Numbered from the whole stretch's first letter, positions 33,499 through 47,807 are shown. The stretch: DNA of 55,000 bases, filler included, from Porpidia crustulata (GCA_964255105.1; 4 parts of 4 records of this genome joined end to end with filler, not necessarily neighbours in it); one strand, 5' to 3'. The notes: generated by a model not told the origin, from the sequence alone. Program-made: numbers and translations.

Positions 33499-36400
33499 TC
33501 AGAGCGGCATCATACCGATTCCATCACCTCCAAAACCCCGCTTCGGCGCACCTCGGCCAAATCCGCTACTGCTCGTCTTGCTGCCCGCTGACTTCCTCTT
33601 TCCGCCTCCAGACATGGCATTTCTGTCCTCAGAGCCGCCAGATGCCCTGCTACTACCATTCCTGTGCCCCCCACGATTGCGGCGGTAGCTACCTCGATCA
33701 CCCTTGTTGCTTTGACCCTCGTTGTCATAAGTGTGGGGACGCGTACGAGCAGGCGGCGCTTTCGGGTTTGCTTCAATCTGGGAAACTACTAGGCAGATGA
33801 GATAAGATGATTCATATGGCACGGTGTAACCACAAGATCACTTACATCGAGCGTTGAAGGCATCCACTTCTGGACCGGGCCGGAAGTACGAGCTTTGTTC
33901 TTCTTGAGAGCCATCCTCGTCTCCAAGGTCATCGAACTGTTCGTCGTCGCCATATTCGTCGTCACTACTGATGTCGATGACGTTTTGATGGTTGGGATCT
34001 CTGTATTGATACATTAGTAACACTAGTCAAGCGCTAGAGTAGAACTTGCTGGATTTACCTTGGACGGTCCTCCTGTTGTAGCATCAAGGACTCATAACCT
34101 TCGTGGGCGTTCCGGATGAGCTCAAGGAACTGTTCACCATAGCGCTCAACTTTGTCAGGATCGATGCCTGTAATCTCAAGCATCTCGTTTTTGTCTGATC
34201 AAAAGTCAATTTTAGAAGCGAAGACATTGAAATACATAGATGCAGATTGGCCAACCTTTCGGGAAATTGATCGCCATCTCTCGAAGCATTGTTTCGGTGA
34301 ACGGCTGCACTCGAAGGCTTTTGGTTATTAAGATCTGGCCGCACATTAATTGCAAGTCTCATTAAGCTATATCATCTCCAAAACCAACCTTTTTACTTTC
34401 ATGAACAGCATGGACCATGAAATCGTCAACGACCATCCGGTGTGTCGGATTTAAGCTTTCAAGTCTTTCATCTGTGGTTATTGGAGGGCCGAGCGGCCTC
34501 TTGTTTGGTCTCTGCGGTCTTCCAGCCTCCCGGATTGGCCCAAAACCATCGTCCGATTCGTCCGCTCCCGCGTCAAAAGCATCGCCCTCGTGGTCGCTGA
34601 CTGTAAACCCATCTCGGGTGTATCCATTGGAATGTAATTTAGATCCTGTGTTTGTGCTTGCATATTGCGCAATTCGCCGTCTAGACGGGCCCTGGACAGG
34701 AGATGAGACATTCGTGGACTGCAGATAATCTTGCCGAGATGCTGCGACTCCAGTACCTCGTTTTGGCGCCATCTTCTTCTCAGTCTTGTTTTTCCCATTA
34801 GGAGTGGTACGAATCTGAATCTTGATCTTTTTCCGACGATCTATGAAGTCCCTAGAGTTTTTGCCCACCTTCAAGATGTCAGATTGAATTACTGGGAAGA
34901 TTGTTCGGTACTTACATGTACGTATTGCATAGCAAACCCACCCTTGTTCACCTCGTTTTCCTCTCTCAAAGCGTCTTCGCTCAGAAGTCTGTAAAATAAG
35001 CGCTCAATATCACCTCTCTCCAGATGCGAACCAGCTCCGTACTGGTCCAGCTGGTTGTGGTGGAGGTCTGTTATCTTCTTGATCTTGGCCCCACGAAAAA
35101 CATCTACACAATGCAACAACGTCACTCGGTGTCTCTCTACTCGTTTTACAAGTTCGATCGCAGCAACAGCATAGTCGGAGAAGTCTTGACTCTCAAAGGA
35201 ACTCTCCGAATTACAATTGTCACAAGCGGCGTTGCAATCTTCCTTCTTGAATGGCTCATTGAAGTAAAGGAGGATCTGTACCCTTCGGCAATCGCTCTTG
35301 TTCTCGCAGAACTGTACCACATTTCTGAGCATCTTCCGCTGCCGCTCTTTCTGATCATAGCTGCCCTCTCCATCGTCGATCATGCGTTTGAGTGCACTGG
35401 TGTCGTGATATCCATAGTACAGATAGCACCCCGATCGTTTCCCATCTCTTCCTGCGCGACCAGTCTCTTGGTAGTAACCTTCGAGACTCTTCGGAATCGT
35501 ATGGTGAATGACAAAGCGAACATCAGGCTTGTCAATGCCCATACCGAAGGCAATAGTAGCCACAATCACATGATATTTCCCGGCCTGCCATCCTTTCTGT
35601 ACTGCTCGTTTTTCTTCTGATTCCATGCCAGCGTGATAATGGTGGGCTTTGATTCCGTGCTCTGTCCGAAGATCTTTCGCAGTCTTCTCGCAGTTCTTGC
35701 GAGAAAGGCAGTATATTATTCCAGACTGGTTCTTGTATGATAGGTTAATTGTTTTCGCTATACTGTCTAAGGCGTCCTTCCCTTTACCCTTATTGCGAAC
35801 CTCATAGGTCAGATTCGGGCGGTTGAAGCTTTGTGTAAATACTTCACACTTATCTATGCCAAGGTTGTGGATAACGTCGACCTTCACGTTTTCAGTAGCA
35901 GTGGCCGTGAGAGCCATAACAGGCACCCCTTGGAATTGCTGACGCACCCCCCCCAACATTTTGTAGTCTGGTCGGAAATCATGGCCCCACTGACTCACGC
36001 AATGTGCTTCGTCTATGACGATACGAGCCAGTTTCCCACGTCGGTATAGATCGCGAAAGGAATTGAGCATCTGCTGACTCTTATTGATCATCTCGGGGGT
36101 GACGTATAACAGCTGGATGAATTTCTGGGGTTGTGGATCTCGTAAACTATCGAAAACGAGTTGCCGATGTTCCGCAGCAACTTCACTATTCACGAGCACG
36201 GCTTGGATCTTGAGCTTCTGCAAGTGGTCTACTTGGTCCTGCATGAGACTCAGAAGTGGAGAGATAACGACAGTGACACCCTTTGTGTGTCCCGAATTAA
36301 CAATAGCAGGCAATTGATAACATAAAGATTTTCCTCCTCCTGTGGGCATAAGAACAAAGGCGTCTTTACCACCAAGCGTGGCGTTGATGGCCTCTAGCTG

Positions 36401-38911
36401 GTTTGGTCGGAAGCCACGAAGATGGAAACGTTCCTTCATTGCTATTTTCACGTCTCGCGACCAGTTGTGCTGCATATGCGATGATTGGGTAGGTGCCTGA
36501 GCTGGTTGATAGCGACTTTTCTGTGACCCGGCTCGTAGCACATTTCCGCTGGTCTCAGCGAAAACGCTCCGGTGTTCGATGTTTGCCATCTTGTTCGACC
36601 GATGATCTAGGTTTTCCAGCTCTTCTGCTACTTCAAGCATTTCCTCGTCGTCCTCATCTTGCCCGTAATCATCCTTGTCCTCATCCTTGTCCTCATCCTT
36701 GTCCTCATCCTTGTCCTCATCCTCCCTCAATGGGCTGCCCATGCGTGTTGTAAATAAGTCGTCGTTGCTGATGTGGAATTCAGGATAATCCTTCGATTTT
36801 GCAGATTGGAGATTAGATGTGAGGCTCTTATCTGTTATAGGTTCTCCGTACCCCGTTTTTCGCTTTGACGGAGAAAAATATGCATCTACGTTTTTCGGGA
36901 CAGGGGATGATGCATAGGTGCGAAGGAAAGGTCTCTGGGAGGTAAAGGGATCATCGGGTGGTTTCTCCGGCGGTATTCTGGGTATGGAATTAAAAACCTG
37001 CGTCTGCTGAACAAATTGAGTCCTTGTGGATTCACTAGATTCGGGCGGTAGGTTTTGCGGGGTGGCTTCTGCCAGTTGGTCAGGTACTTGCGTGGATTTC
37101 ACTAATGTTGTCGATCGCTCCGCTTGAGCTTCACTTCGAATGGTAGTCATTGTACTTCTACCTTGGAACTCGAATTTCTCGAATGTCGGGAGTGAGGCCT
37201 GACCTAAAAGTTCAAACATATCATGTTCAAGCTGGGAGAGTTGGCGAGTGGCGTCCTTCTTCTCCACCGCATCCTGTGAAATGTCCTTATCCTCGTGTAT
37301 TGCAGCAATCATGCGTTTGTTGATATCCTCCTTTTGCTTGCTGATTTGGTTGTGGTTGTCTCGATGCAGCAGCAGATTACTCACAGCGTTAATTCTAGCC
37401 TTCAACAGAGCAGGTCGTTGCTGTAGTTCCATAGTCGGTTTTCTGTTCTCATTGTAGCAAGCCCAAAAAGCTTCCAGTGCTGACTCTGCAGCGCGATGAA
37501 GCTCATCGAGAAACGATTGGACACGCAGCGTATCGATAGCCATAAATGAATGGACGGATCCCATATCTACGCTGTCAGTGTGCAAGGTAGCACTTCCAGA
37601 TGAATTAAAAGCCACCTGTTGCGATGGCGTGACAGATAATTTGGTAGGCGAGTCGCGCTGGAACGGGGAAGCGGCGCTGTTAAAATTTGTGAACTGAGTT
37701 TTCCGGATGCTAACAGGCTCTGTCTTCGTAGCGGTTTGGTTGGCGGAGGCAATTTCAGTCTTTACAGACCTGGGAGGACTGAGAGATTTGTTATGAGATT
37801 TTGTAAGTGCGGGATATGCACCGTTCTTGATCTCTTCCTTCGCTGCACGCAGGTGCTCCATATCGTCGTCGTCATCTTCGGAATCTGCGACAGCGACTCG
37901 AGATTGAGTTGGCAAGGTTCCAAGTTTCGCTGCATTCGTGGGGTGGCCACTCTGTGAACCTTGTGGTATGCGACCTACACCACCAGGCAGCACAACAGAG
38001 GGCGCAAGAGAACGTGTTTGGACAGGCTGAAGATTGATTACATCTACTTCCTCGTTGATTTCTCCATTCATATCCGGGACACCAAAGCCGTCATAGTCAT
38101 CCGAACGGTATTTCTTCCTCTTGTCCTGCCCCGGAGTCGGCTTGTTGAAGTCATAAGCAAAGTTAATAGCATTATCTTCAGGGAAGGCATCGATAGCAGT
38201 GAAGCTGCTTTGTGACATCCTTGGATGTACGAAGGCTTCGATGTCATCCGTTTCCAATTCTTCACTTTTCCTCTTCTTGCCTTTCTTGGTTGGGGGCTCT
38301 TTGCGAGTGGCGCTTTCCTCCCTCCATATTGCCCTAGATTCCCCAAAGACATCTACTGTACTCGAGGATGAGGTGTGGATTTCACAATCACGGGTAAGGT
38401 CAACGGAAGGGCTTCCGGTGTAAGTTTTCCGGTCCTTCACGATGGACGTGACTGGCGTTTGTAGTTGGCGCCCTTTCCCGTGACCGTCATGAAAACGAGC
38501 CGTATATTGATCTTTTAGTGAGTTGCAGGGCCTTCTACTGGAGTTAGGCGTGGAAGTTTGCAAAGGATCTGGAGAGGTGCAGCTTAATAGCTTCTTGGTA
38601 TTTGATCGAGGAGCCGACTGCAATCGGGCCATCTCTGAGCTAGGGGCTGTCTTGATTGAGCTCGCTGGAAGCAGAGGGCGTGCGAATTCAAATTCTCTTC
38701 CCACATGATCTGAAAGGCCTCGTGCAGTATGATTGACGCCTGACAAGGGCACTGTTGTGTCTTGAAGTTCCACTTGTATGGGTTCGGTCAACAAGGCGTC
38801 TTGTGTCGCGGAGACGTCGTAGGTTGGCGGGGTGGGTCCCGGCGGTGGAGGAGCGAACGGTTTCGATGTAACCAGCCAAGATAGGTGTTTCTGGAGATTA
38901 TTCCTCGTCAT
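33499..38911 (-). CDS. sgs1: RecQ DNA helicase (Sgs1/BLM/MusN-like) with RQC and HRDC domains; several 3' introns
   Basis: FRPNQLEAI, MPTGGGKSLCYQLP, VIDEAHCVSQWGHDFRPDY, VATIAFGMGIDKPDVRFVIH, YYQETGRAGRDG, Zn-binding CRR...C..CDNC; HRDC exon QPFTETMLREMAINFP; ends GIGMMPL*. Confidence 0.95.
36669..36723 (-). repeat. 12-bp coding microsatellite (EDKD)x4.5 in the RecQ N-terminal region
   Basis: tcatccttgtcc repeated perfectly 4 times plus a partial copy. Confidence 0.9.
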
Positions 38912-39103
38912 GGACCTCAGTCTTTACTGCCTTCGAAATGGCAGCCATGAACAGTTCCCAGAGACTCGAGCTTTGAGAGGCCTGCTCCTACTGAACCTTC
39001 ACTATCAACATGTCCGTGGTTATGGAATTGAGTGACGCGACTTTGGGCGGCCATTAGAGTGGTCAGCACACGCGCTCTGCCACCATACTACTGGTATTTT
39101 GAG

Positions 39104-39114
39104 CCCTAACCCTA
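39104..39114. promoter_or_regulatory. Telobox-like CCCTAACCCTA motif (possible Tbf1-type site) in the RecQ/kelch divergent promoter
   Basis: Nearly two TTAGGG units on the minus strand between two divergent ATGs (38911 and 39492). Confidence 0.35.
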
Positions 39115-39491
39115 GGTGTCATGTGACTGGGGGGTAAATACGTGTACCGCCAGCCTTCGAAAGTCATTGTAGCACTTAATCCTGTCAGAGTGTCTAAGGC
39201 TTCCTAACGTGATTCCAGATAACATTCAATTTACCTCAAAATCTGTGAAGCGTGTAACATTCTGTTTGAGGATGCACAAAATGCTTCCTTGCCTATTATC
39301 GTGGATATCAGAGACGTGATGGCACGTCCTTATCCTATGACGCTGAGATAGTTCCCAGAAATTGTTCAAACAGCAGATTTCAGTCACCCTTCTTCTACTT
39401 CCGGCGTGTTCTCTTTGGTTTTGATAACCAAGATAAGGCCGTCTCAGGGATAGTAATACCTTATTTCTACATTTCTTAAGTTACAGCAGTC

Positions 39492-41235
39492 ATGGGCAAA
39501 AAAGATAAAAAGTCTAAAACTACTGAGCAAAAGGCCCGCGTTGCAACGAAGCAAATCAAAAAGGCCGCACAGGAGGACAAGAGAGTAAAGTCAAAAGGTC
39601 CTGACGATAGCGACGCTGAAGACGTTGATTTGGAGTCTGTCTTAGAAGATTACGCGAAACAGGTGAATTATTCTTGATAGAATGTTAGCCATAGTTCTGA
39701 GGTGCAGATTATTGAATAAGCCCTAAAGTCATCAAAATATGTTCCAACCTCACAACTGACTCTACAAAATAGCAAGCTCAGTTTCTCAAAGTCACCGAGA
39801 CACCCTGCGAGCCACCTTCACCTCGTTCATCGGCTACCCTCAGTGGCTCACCGTCTAGAAGTAGAGAGCTCTTTCTTTTTGGTGGAGAATTCTATAATGG
39901 AGCTCTTGCCACATTCTTTAATGATCTTTTTGTATACCTGATAGACAAAGACGAATGGAGACGAGTCACGAGCCCGAATAGCCCACTTCCTAGAAGTGGA
40001 CACGCTTGGTGTAGAGGTGGCAATTCTGGCGGACTCTATCTCTTTGGTGGTAGGCTTAAAAATCTAAATAGATGGATTTTCTTGCTTCTGCAAAGTCATG
40101 TCTATTAGTCTAACAGCAACAGGGGAATTTTCTTCACCGAAGCAGGGGACATTCTATCATTACAATGACTTTTGGAAGCTAGATCCCTCTTCCAGAGAGT
40201 GGACAAGGATAGAGACCAAAGGTAAAGGACCGCCCGCGAGAAGTGGCCATCGCATGACATATTATAAAGTGAGTCAATGTTAATGTGGATGTTTGATATT
40301 CACACATTCAACTAAAGTAGAATTACATTATACTTTTTGGAGGCTTCCAGGATACCTCCCAGCAAACCAAGTACCTTCAGGACCTCTGGGTCTATGATAC
40401 CCAAAACTTTGTCTGGCACAATCCTGTACTACCTCCAGCGACGCAGAAGCCTGAAGCACGATCGTCTTTTACTCTCCATCCGCATGAGGCAGGCGCTGTC
40501 ATATTCGGAGGCTATGCGCGAGTAAAATCTACAGTAATAGCTGGGAAACAGTCAAAGGGAGGTGGCCAGGGTATTCGGACGGTATTGAAGCCTATCATAT
40601 ATCAAGATACCTGGTTTCTGAGAGTCATTCCCCCTGGACCTGACACCCCAGCTAATAGTGCCCCCAAAATACGCTGGGAACGCCGGAAGAAACCTATAAA
40701 TGCACCTAATCCAACTCGAGCTGGGGCTACAATGGCCTATCATAAAGGCCGTGGCATCATGTTCGGTGGTGTTCATGATGTCGAAGAAAGCGAAGAAGGC
40801 ATAGAAAGCGAGTTCTTCGATACCCTGTTTGCTTGGAACATTGAAAGAAACCGATACTTCCCATTGACCCTAAGACGCCCTAGAGCAAACCAGAAGAAGC
40901 AAGCGGATGACCGTGCGAACATGAGGAGAGGCAGGGGAAAAGCGGATGAGGTAGACCTCTTACGAAACCTAGCGGCATTGGAGACAAAGGGGTCAATTGC
41001 CGACTCGGACAACATCGAGACAAGCCAAGAGATGGATGTAGACGATACGCCTCCAAAGCCAGTCAAGCCAGTCCTCTTCACCATGCCGCACCCGCGGTTC
41101 AACGCTCAGCTGGCGGTCCAGGACGACGTCCTCTACATCTTCGGCGGCACCTTCGAGCAAGGCGATCGCGAATTCACCTTCGACGAAATGTTCGCCATCG
41201 ACCTCGGCAAACTAGACGGCGTCCATGAAATCTAC
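39492..41235 (+). CDS. Kelch-repeat protein (Kel3/KLHDC4-like), 3' end cut by gap
   Basis: MGKKDKKSK start; PSPRSSATL, LFLFGGEFYNG, PLPRSGHAW, FYHYNDFW, PPARSGHRM, PHPRFNAQLAV, LYIFGGTFE. Confidence 0.9.
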
Positions 41236-41335
41236 NNNNNNNNNNNNNNNNNNNNNNNNNNNNNNNNNNNNNNNNNNNNTTAATTAATTAANNNNNNNNN
41301 NNNNNNNNNNNNNNNNNNNNNNNNNNNNNNNNNNN
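41236..41335. other. Artificial contig linker
   Basis: N44-TTAATTAATTAA-N44. Confidence 0.97.
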
Positions 41336-44300
41336 GAGTTTGTGGGTTGGGGTTGGAACGATGAGCGTTGTTGGTCGAAGAAAGACCGAGAAGGGGCACC
41401 GGACCAGTTAGTTGTAATCTCTCGCGGTTGGGGTTGTGGCGGCTGCTGGTGTTGTAGGTGTTGTTGAGGTGGTTGGCTTTGCGGTGGTGGTCGATGTTGC
41501 TGCTGCTGCAGGTAGGCTGGTTCAGTCGGTGTAGCACGTCTATGTATTTGCTGCAGAGCCTGGCTTGCCTGTGGGTACACCTGAGTCATGCTCGCTGGAG
41601 ATTGGGGAGGCGGCGTTGGGACATGGGGGCGTTGGTTGCTCAATCTCTTACGCGGTTGTGGTTCGGTTGGCTCTTCGTTCAGAATAGACATGAGATTGGA
41701 CTTCTTCGGGGGCGCTGGCGGTAAGCGTGGGGCTTGCTGTGATATGGCAGATACCGGTACCGAGCTTGGCCGACTATTTTCATCTTGAGGGGATACGGCA
41801 AAAGGTGGTTTGGTGCTGGCTGGTGATTGTAATGTAGGTGTTCGGTTCTGCGTTTGGTTATACGTATCCAAACGACGCATCAATGGAGACGGTTCGATCT
41901 GCTGCTGCGGCCGTTGCAATTGTTGTAGTGGCTCATACAGTTGAGCCTGTTTTGGTACTTGTTCTTGAAGAAGCTGACCTGTCTGTCGAGGTCTTATGTC
42001 AGCTTCTACATGCTGTGATGGCGCAATTCGAATTTCAGAACTCGAAGGCTGGTGCAAAATTGAAGCTGACTGTTCTTGGAACTGCTGATTCTTCGCAGTA
42101 GTCTGATGTCGTGAAGTCGCTTGCTGGGATGTACGAGATGCCTCCTTTAGCCGGGCTTGACTCTGAAGGCGTAATACGTCTTGCTGATTTTGTTGCATTT
42201 GACGTTGATGTTGTTGCGCTTCTTGCTCTGCATGCAACCGCGCTTGTTGCACTTGCTGCTGCTGCTGGAGTGCCTGCTGGAGCGCCTGCTGTTGCTGCTG
42301 GTTATGTTGGTGCTGGTGGTGCTGGTGGTGCTGGTGGTGCGCCTGCTGTTGATTTTGCAGATGCACTTGCTGCACTTGCTGCACTTGCTGCTGCTGTTGC
42401 TGTGCTGGTGGTTGAGCTTGGAGTAAAGGCCTGCCTTCGGCGAAAAATCCAGCTCTAGGCCCATGCAAATGCTGTGAAGGCCTTTGCTGTTGTGCTTGGC
42501 TAAGCGTGCGAGGCGTGGGAGTTATGACACCTTTAGGGGATGCTTGCGACGATGCTGGTGCTGATGTTGGCTCGGCCTGAGCCAAGACCGGAAATTTCGC
42601 TGCTGGTTGATTATAGTGTGGGGCAGAATACTGAGTCGGTTTTGTTGTTTGTAGTCGGGGAGATTCGCCCTCAATCTCCATACTGTCTACACTTGGAGCT
42701 AATGGTCGTTGAGGGGCTATCTGTGGAGTTGTATCATAGCGTCGTTTCGGAATTATGGTTGGCATTGGCGGAGGGCCCATATCTTCACCATCTCTTATTT
42801 TCTGATCAGCTATTTGTGCAGCTTTTTCGATAGCTTTAGAATCGTCTCGCTCGATGACGCGGAAGTAGTAATTCTTGACCTGGAAGAAGAGCATCAGCAT
42901 ATTGAGTCTATATACAGAAGCTTACATACCATAGTTGGTGTCTTGGACTTCATAGTATTGGCAATCGCCTGCCAATCTGTACCAAAATGGTGGATCAGAT
43001 TTTGGAAATCTGTCTGCTCTGGAACAGACCAGTAGCTTGATGTGGTTGTTGATGATCCCCTCGGCTGCGGCTGTTGAAGCGGCTGCTCGATAGCAGTCTG
43101 CTGCTGCTTTGGAATCGGGATTGACGTACTTGGAGGGACTGACTGCATTCCAAGCCACACCTCGTTGGTCGTGGGCGGGTTCATTGGTAAGCTCATCGTC
43201 TGACTGCTATGGAGGCCAGCAAGCACTTGTGCGCCTTCAATTTCTTCGCCTCGTTGTTCGTTTTCAAGCTTTGGCTCTCGACTTCTGCCTCTTACAATTA
43301 TTTCTTTATCCGCCTTTTGTGGAGAAGGGCCTGGAGCAGCGGCGAGAATTGGAACCTTCCCTCTCTTCGCTACCTTTTCTTTTGCAGGAGCTGTCCTTGT
43401 ACGCTTGTTACTTGGTCTTTCGGAGGAGTCACCATTAAGTTCAGCCTTATTTCCAGCGACGTTGCGACGTGAAGGAGTTGCAGCTGGTGTTGCTAGCTCT
43501 GGATCTGTATTGTCCCCAAAAGTTGGCGCTGCTGCACGCCTAGGCCTTCCGGTGTCAGTTACTGGTATCTGAGGTGCGTCATACTCAATCGCTCCGTCAT
43601 ATAAAGGCATTAAAGCGTTTGACTTTGGACGCCCTTGAAGACCGCGGCCACCTTTCCGGCCTCCCTTCTTTGCGATCCTCGAGAAGGCCTTCTCCTTCTC
43701 TTTGTAGAGTGCTTCACCTTTCGTATGGTAATAGTGGAGAACACAGTCTTGATAGTCCCTTCCAGGAATACACTCTGCAATCATCCCCCATTTTTTGGGA
43801 TTGGATAGATAGCTGTCTAGGAATGTTTCATGCTCGTCCGGGGTAAAGTCGTCTTGCTTTGGTATAAATCCAAAGGTATCAAGTACCAGCTCATTATCAA
43901 TAAGATGCGTTGTATTACCGAATAGACGGGCCTTCCGTTCGAAACGATCGAGCATATCGGGTACATCAGCTTCCTTCTCCGGATTGAAGACGTCTTTTGC
44001 TTGTAGATTCCGTTCACGATTGCGCCTATCTTCGTCTTTTTCAGCATCCATCACGGAATCCTGAATAATCCTCTCGAATATAAGTGGAGTTATATTTTTG
44101 GTAGTTCGTCTGCCTCCTGCTATATTCGGTGTCGATATATTTGGTAATAAGATGGCTGGAGCGGGTGGATTTGGCTCGGGTGTGGTGGTCATGGCTGACT
44201 TACTTTGGCCCTCGATAACCTCAATGTCGATTCGCCATCTTCGGTAATCTGTAGCAAAACCATTCTTGATCTCGTTATTCTCAGCTTTGATACGTTGACG

Positions 44301-46889
44301 TTGGTTAAGGAGTTCCTCCACAAGGACAGCTTTGATAATATCATGTTGGTCTATTTGCTCCTGCAAATCTTCCAATTCTGAAAAAGGACTTGGAAGGCCG
44401 GAAACCAAAAATGGAAGATTTTCCAGTGGAGGTGTAAGGCGACGTGTCTTTTGATGAAGCATGGGGACCAGCGATTCTTTTTCAACGCGTGCTTGGTCAA
44501 TTCCCTCCAATTTCGGCGAAGGGAGCCCAAGGGACAGAGGGTTAGGCCTTGGATCATCCTCTGCCTTTTCAGTAGCCCTTCTAGAAATTTCTTCGGCCGC
44601 CGTGGCTAATGCGTCGCATTCCTCTAGTAATTGTAATATTAGTGGATGGTGTCGAGGCGTCGGTGGCCTTCGGGCTTCCAGGGCCTCTATCTGCTGTCGG
44701 AACTTTTGCTCGGCTTCCAATATATCCCCTTCATCCAATTCCATCAACCCCTCTTCCATGCCAATGTCATCGGATTCGGGGCTTTTCCTTGTTTCAGGAG
44801 TTTCAATACTAGCACCCAACGGCCGAGTGCCTTCATTTATGCTAATTCTCTCCTCAATGCTGTATCTACGCTCCTTGTGTCGGACCTCCAGTTCAGAATC
44901 GGTCCGATCAGCCTCGACATTCAATTCAGGGTTGGGATCACTCTGTCCCGCTTTGACATAACTTTTGGCGCGCGGTCCATCTGGAACCTCTGTCCCGTGG
45001 AGTTCGGAATCTGCGGGCGTTGGTTTAAATCTCCCCTCGCCTCCAAATTCCCTTTTGGTTGGCACTGTGTTCATAATTGACGGACCGCGCGGTGTATGCT
45101 GACCAAGGCCTGGCCTGACCCATTTCCAATTACTGTTACGAGGCTGCCGCGGTGGTGTGTTAGTTGGTATGATCTGAGATGCACGGATTGATGGGGCAAC
45201 TATTTGTCTATTCAGCAGGGCACTTCGTTCCGCCTTTGGCCCAGTAGGAATTTTCGCCGGAGAAGTCTGACTGGAGTTCTCGTATTGGTTCGGTCTAGAT
45301 ATGCTGGCAGAGCTCAGACTTATGTTTGAATTAGTCTGACGACCATCTCCTTCGATTGTCCTATTACCCGCAGCATGTAGTGGCTGCGTAGAACTTGGTC
45401 TCAGCGCTATTCGTGGCTCTTGACCAGGTCCCGTCCTGCGAGGGGCATAGACAACAGGGGCTTCCGGGGGTAGCCCAGTAGTATGTGGCAGGGGGGACTG
45501 AGGCCCGATATCATATACTGTAGGAGTTGAAGTGGTAGCTGCAGGATTCACGGCAGCGTAGCTCCCCTTTTCTTTATCAGATTTCCGATGGTCTGATCCT
45601 CCAGCACTGGCTAATGATATCTTCTCGGGTTTTTGTGCCGCCTTTGGCCTGGAGGGTGCATTGCTCAAAGCAGCAGCTTTTGGCACAGAGGGTATGTCTC
45701 TCGTTGCATTCTGTGAGCCTATCCATGATTGACCGTCACTCCTAGTGTGACTTCGATTTATTGCTGAGCTCTGATCGTTGGATGGTGTCCGATAAGCTAT
45801 GGAGCCAAAAGCTGGTACCTGAGGTGCTTGAGGTGGAGGCGATACGGTGCCCGGTGCCGGGCGATCCCTACCAGGACGGCTGAGGGCTAAGTCTACTTTT
45901 TCTACATCTCTCGAAGTGGCCGTAGGGTCAGACACTCCAACGACTTCTGACCCTCGCCGGCCTAATTCCGCGCTGAAAGACCGGGAATTATAGGCGAAGC
46001 GCTCCGCGTTTGCTTGGTATAATGATGTCGCAGTGGAAGGATGAGGAGTTAGAGGACTGATCTGGGTACTTGTAGAATTTCTGGAGTCTGGACGAAATGG
46101 AGGTTGCTCTCTTCCGTGACGCTCGGGATCACGATCGCGGATATCCCAGTCTTTTCGAGTGTCATCTTCTCTCCTACTTATGTCCTGATCCCGCTCGCGA
46201 TTTCGGTCCCACGCCCGATCGCGCGAGCGGCTCCTTGGACGAAAACCCTCGCGCTCATCATTGAAACCTCCTCTGCCTCTTCTGTTCTGGTCCCAATCTT
46301 CTCTGATTCGCCCACGATAGCCCCCCCGGCCACGGTAATTCGATGGCTGAGCATCCGAGATTGAAGACGTTGCTGATAATGGCCCGTCCCTGGAACCTCG
46401 TCTCATTCGACTTTGATCTACCTCTCTTGATGGAAACTCTCGTGGATCTCTCAGGTCTCGAGGTGCGGGGGATCGCGAGCGGTTGCGGCCTGTCGGTGAA
46501 GGTCTTCGTTCTCTGTTCTCGTAAGTGTCTCTCAGACCCCAGTCACGTTCCCTGCCTCTTCCCAAACCTGCCGAGTCCCTCGCGTCTCGAAAGTCGCGAT
46601 CACGCACGTCACCCCTACCTCCGAAACTTCGCCCTCGGGGAAATGACCCGCCGCCTCTTGGTCCATCTATGAGAGCCTTTGGACCTCTCGGTGGTTCCCG
46701 TGGAAGATCACGACCAGGACCCGAGTAGCTGTGGGAGTCGGCGGGCCGATAGCCCGGATCGGAGATTCTTGCTGCCAGAGGTCCACCACCGTAAGGCGCC
46801 GAGGAACGTCTGTCGAATCTCCCCTGGGAACGATCTCTTGGTGTATACCGAGAGTCATCTGAATTTGGAGGTGGAATGCGTGAAGACAT
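41336..46889 (-). CDS. SANT/Myb-domain corepressor (Snt1/N-CoR-like), 3' end cut by gap; intron ~42880-42929
   Basis: SANT1 FTPDEHETFLDSYLSNPKKWGMIAECIPGRDYQDCVLHYYHTK; SANT2 SSYWSVPEQTDFQNLIHHFGTDWQAIANTMKSKTPTM/VKNYY; RD/RG-rich N-terminus and Q-rich C-terminus. Confidence 0.87.
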
Positions 46890-47807
46890 AGGACATGGTC
46901 AGACGCCTTGTGCAAGATAGTCTTTGATGCGACGTCAGCGATCGTTATTGATATTCCAGATTAATTGAGCTGGATAATCCGGGAGTCTTGAGACCGGGTT
47001 TCACCGGCCAACAGTGATTGCTCTATTCCACCAAGCTGCAGTGAAGTCTGAGTGACAATGCAGCTGAGGGCGGTTAGACAGGCACAAGTCTCGAGATTTG
47101 CCGATCACTGAGCGGCGTAGAATGGGACGGCGACTTTGTCTTACGGAAGACCTCCTGTTGCAGTGGATTTGATAAGTATTGAGGGAGACTACTATGAACG
47201 GATTGAAAGGCTGATGGTTGGCGTGCCTGAAACAGAAACAGATACCTTACACTTAGATACTTACTTAGTTCGATTGAATGGCCCGATTCGTGCAAGGCCC
47301 AGACTGTAAGCGGCTCTGACAGGTGGGGATCACCGTTGATTGGATGACAGCCTTAGCGGAGTGACGTACAGGGAATCATGTCGCGTACCTTAAACGGTCT
47401 ACGCCAGGCCTTTCCTTTCTTGGTAAGGCTCCTAAGGTTGTGAGCCCTATCGTCAAGGTATGGTTGTTATATTCACTACCTGGCTTCATAGTTGTTGTTA
47501 CTCGCCTCCATGATGATACTTCTCGCTATTCAACCGAATTGATGCGCTAGGCGTATGCTCCACATTCCTCAACATGATACCTTGAGCCTATGTGCAAGCC
47601 CAACACTGTGGGCGTCATTTACTTGTGGCGAAATACTTGTTAATCATCCGGGTATTGCGAGTCATTTGACAGCCACCGAAATCAAAGCTCGATAGCGGAT
47701 CGCTGATTGGAGTGGAGAGGCGACTACGGCAATATAACATCGTCGAGCTTATTCCTGAGAATTACCGGAGATTGACAGAATTTCCCGCCGCAACAGAAAT
47801 TGTACTG

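Noticed and set aside
10224..38911. Apparent genome-maintenance cluster (SMC2, TER candidate, RecQ)
   Set aside because: The three lie on different contigs joined by artificial linkers
42180..42420. CAG/CAA-rich repeats and Leu/Val/Ala-rich antisense ORFs
   Set aside because: Ordinary polyQ/H tract of the Snt1-like protein; the opposite-strand ORFs are shadows
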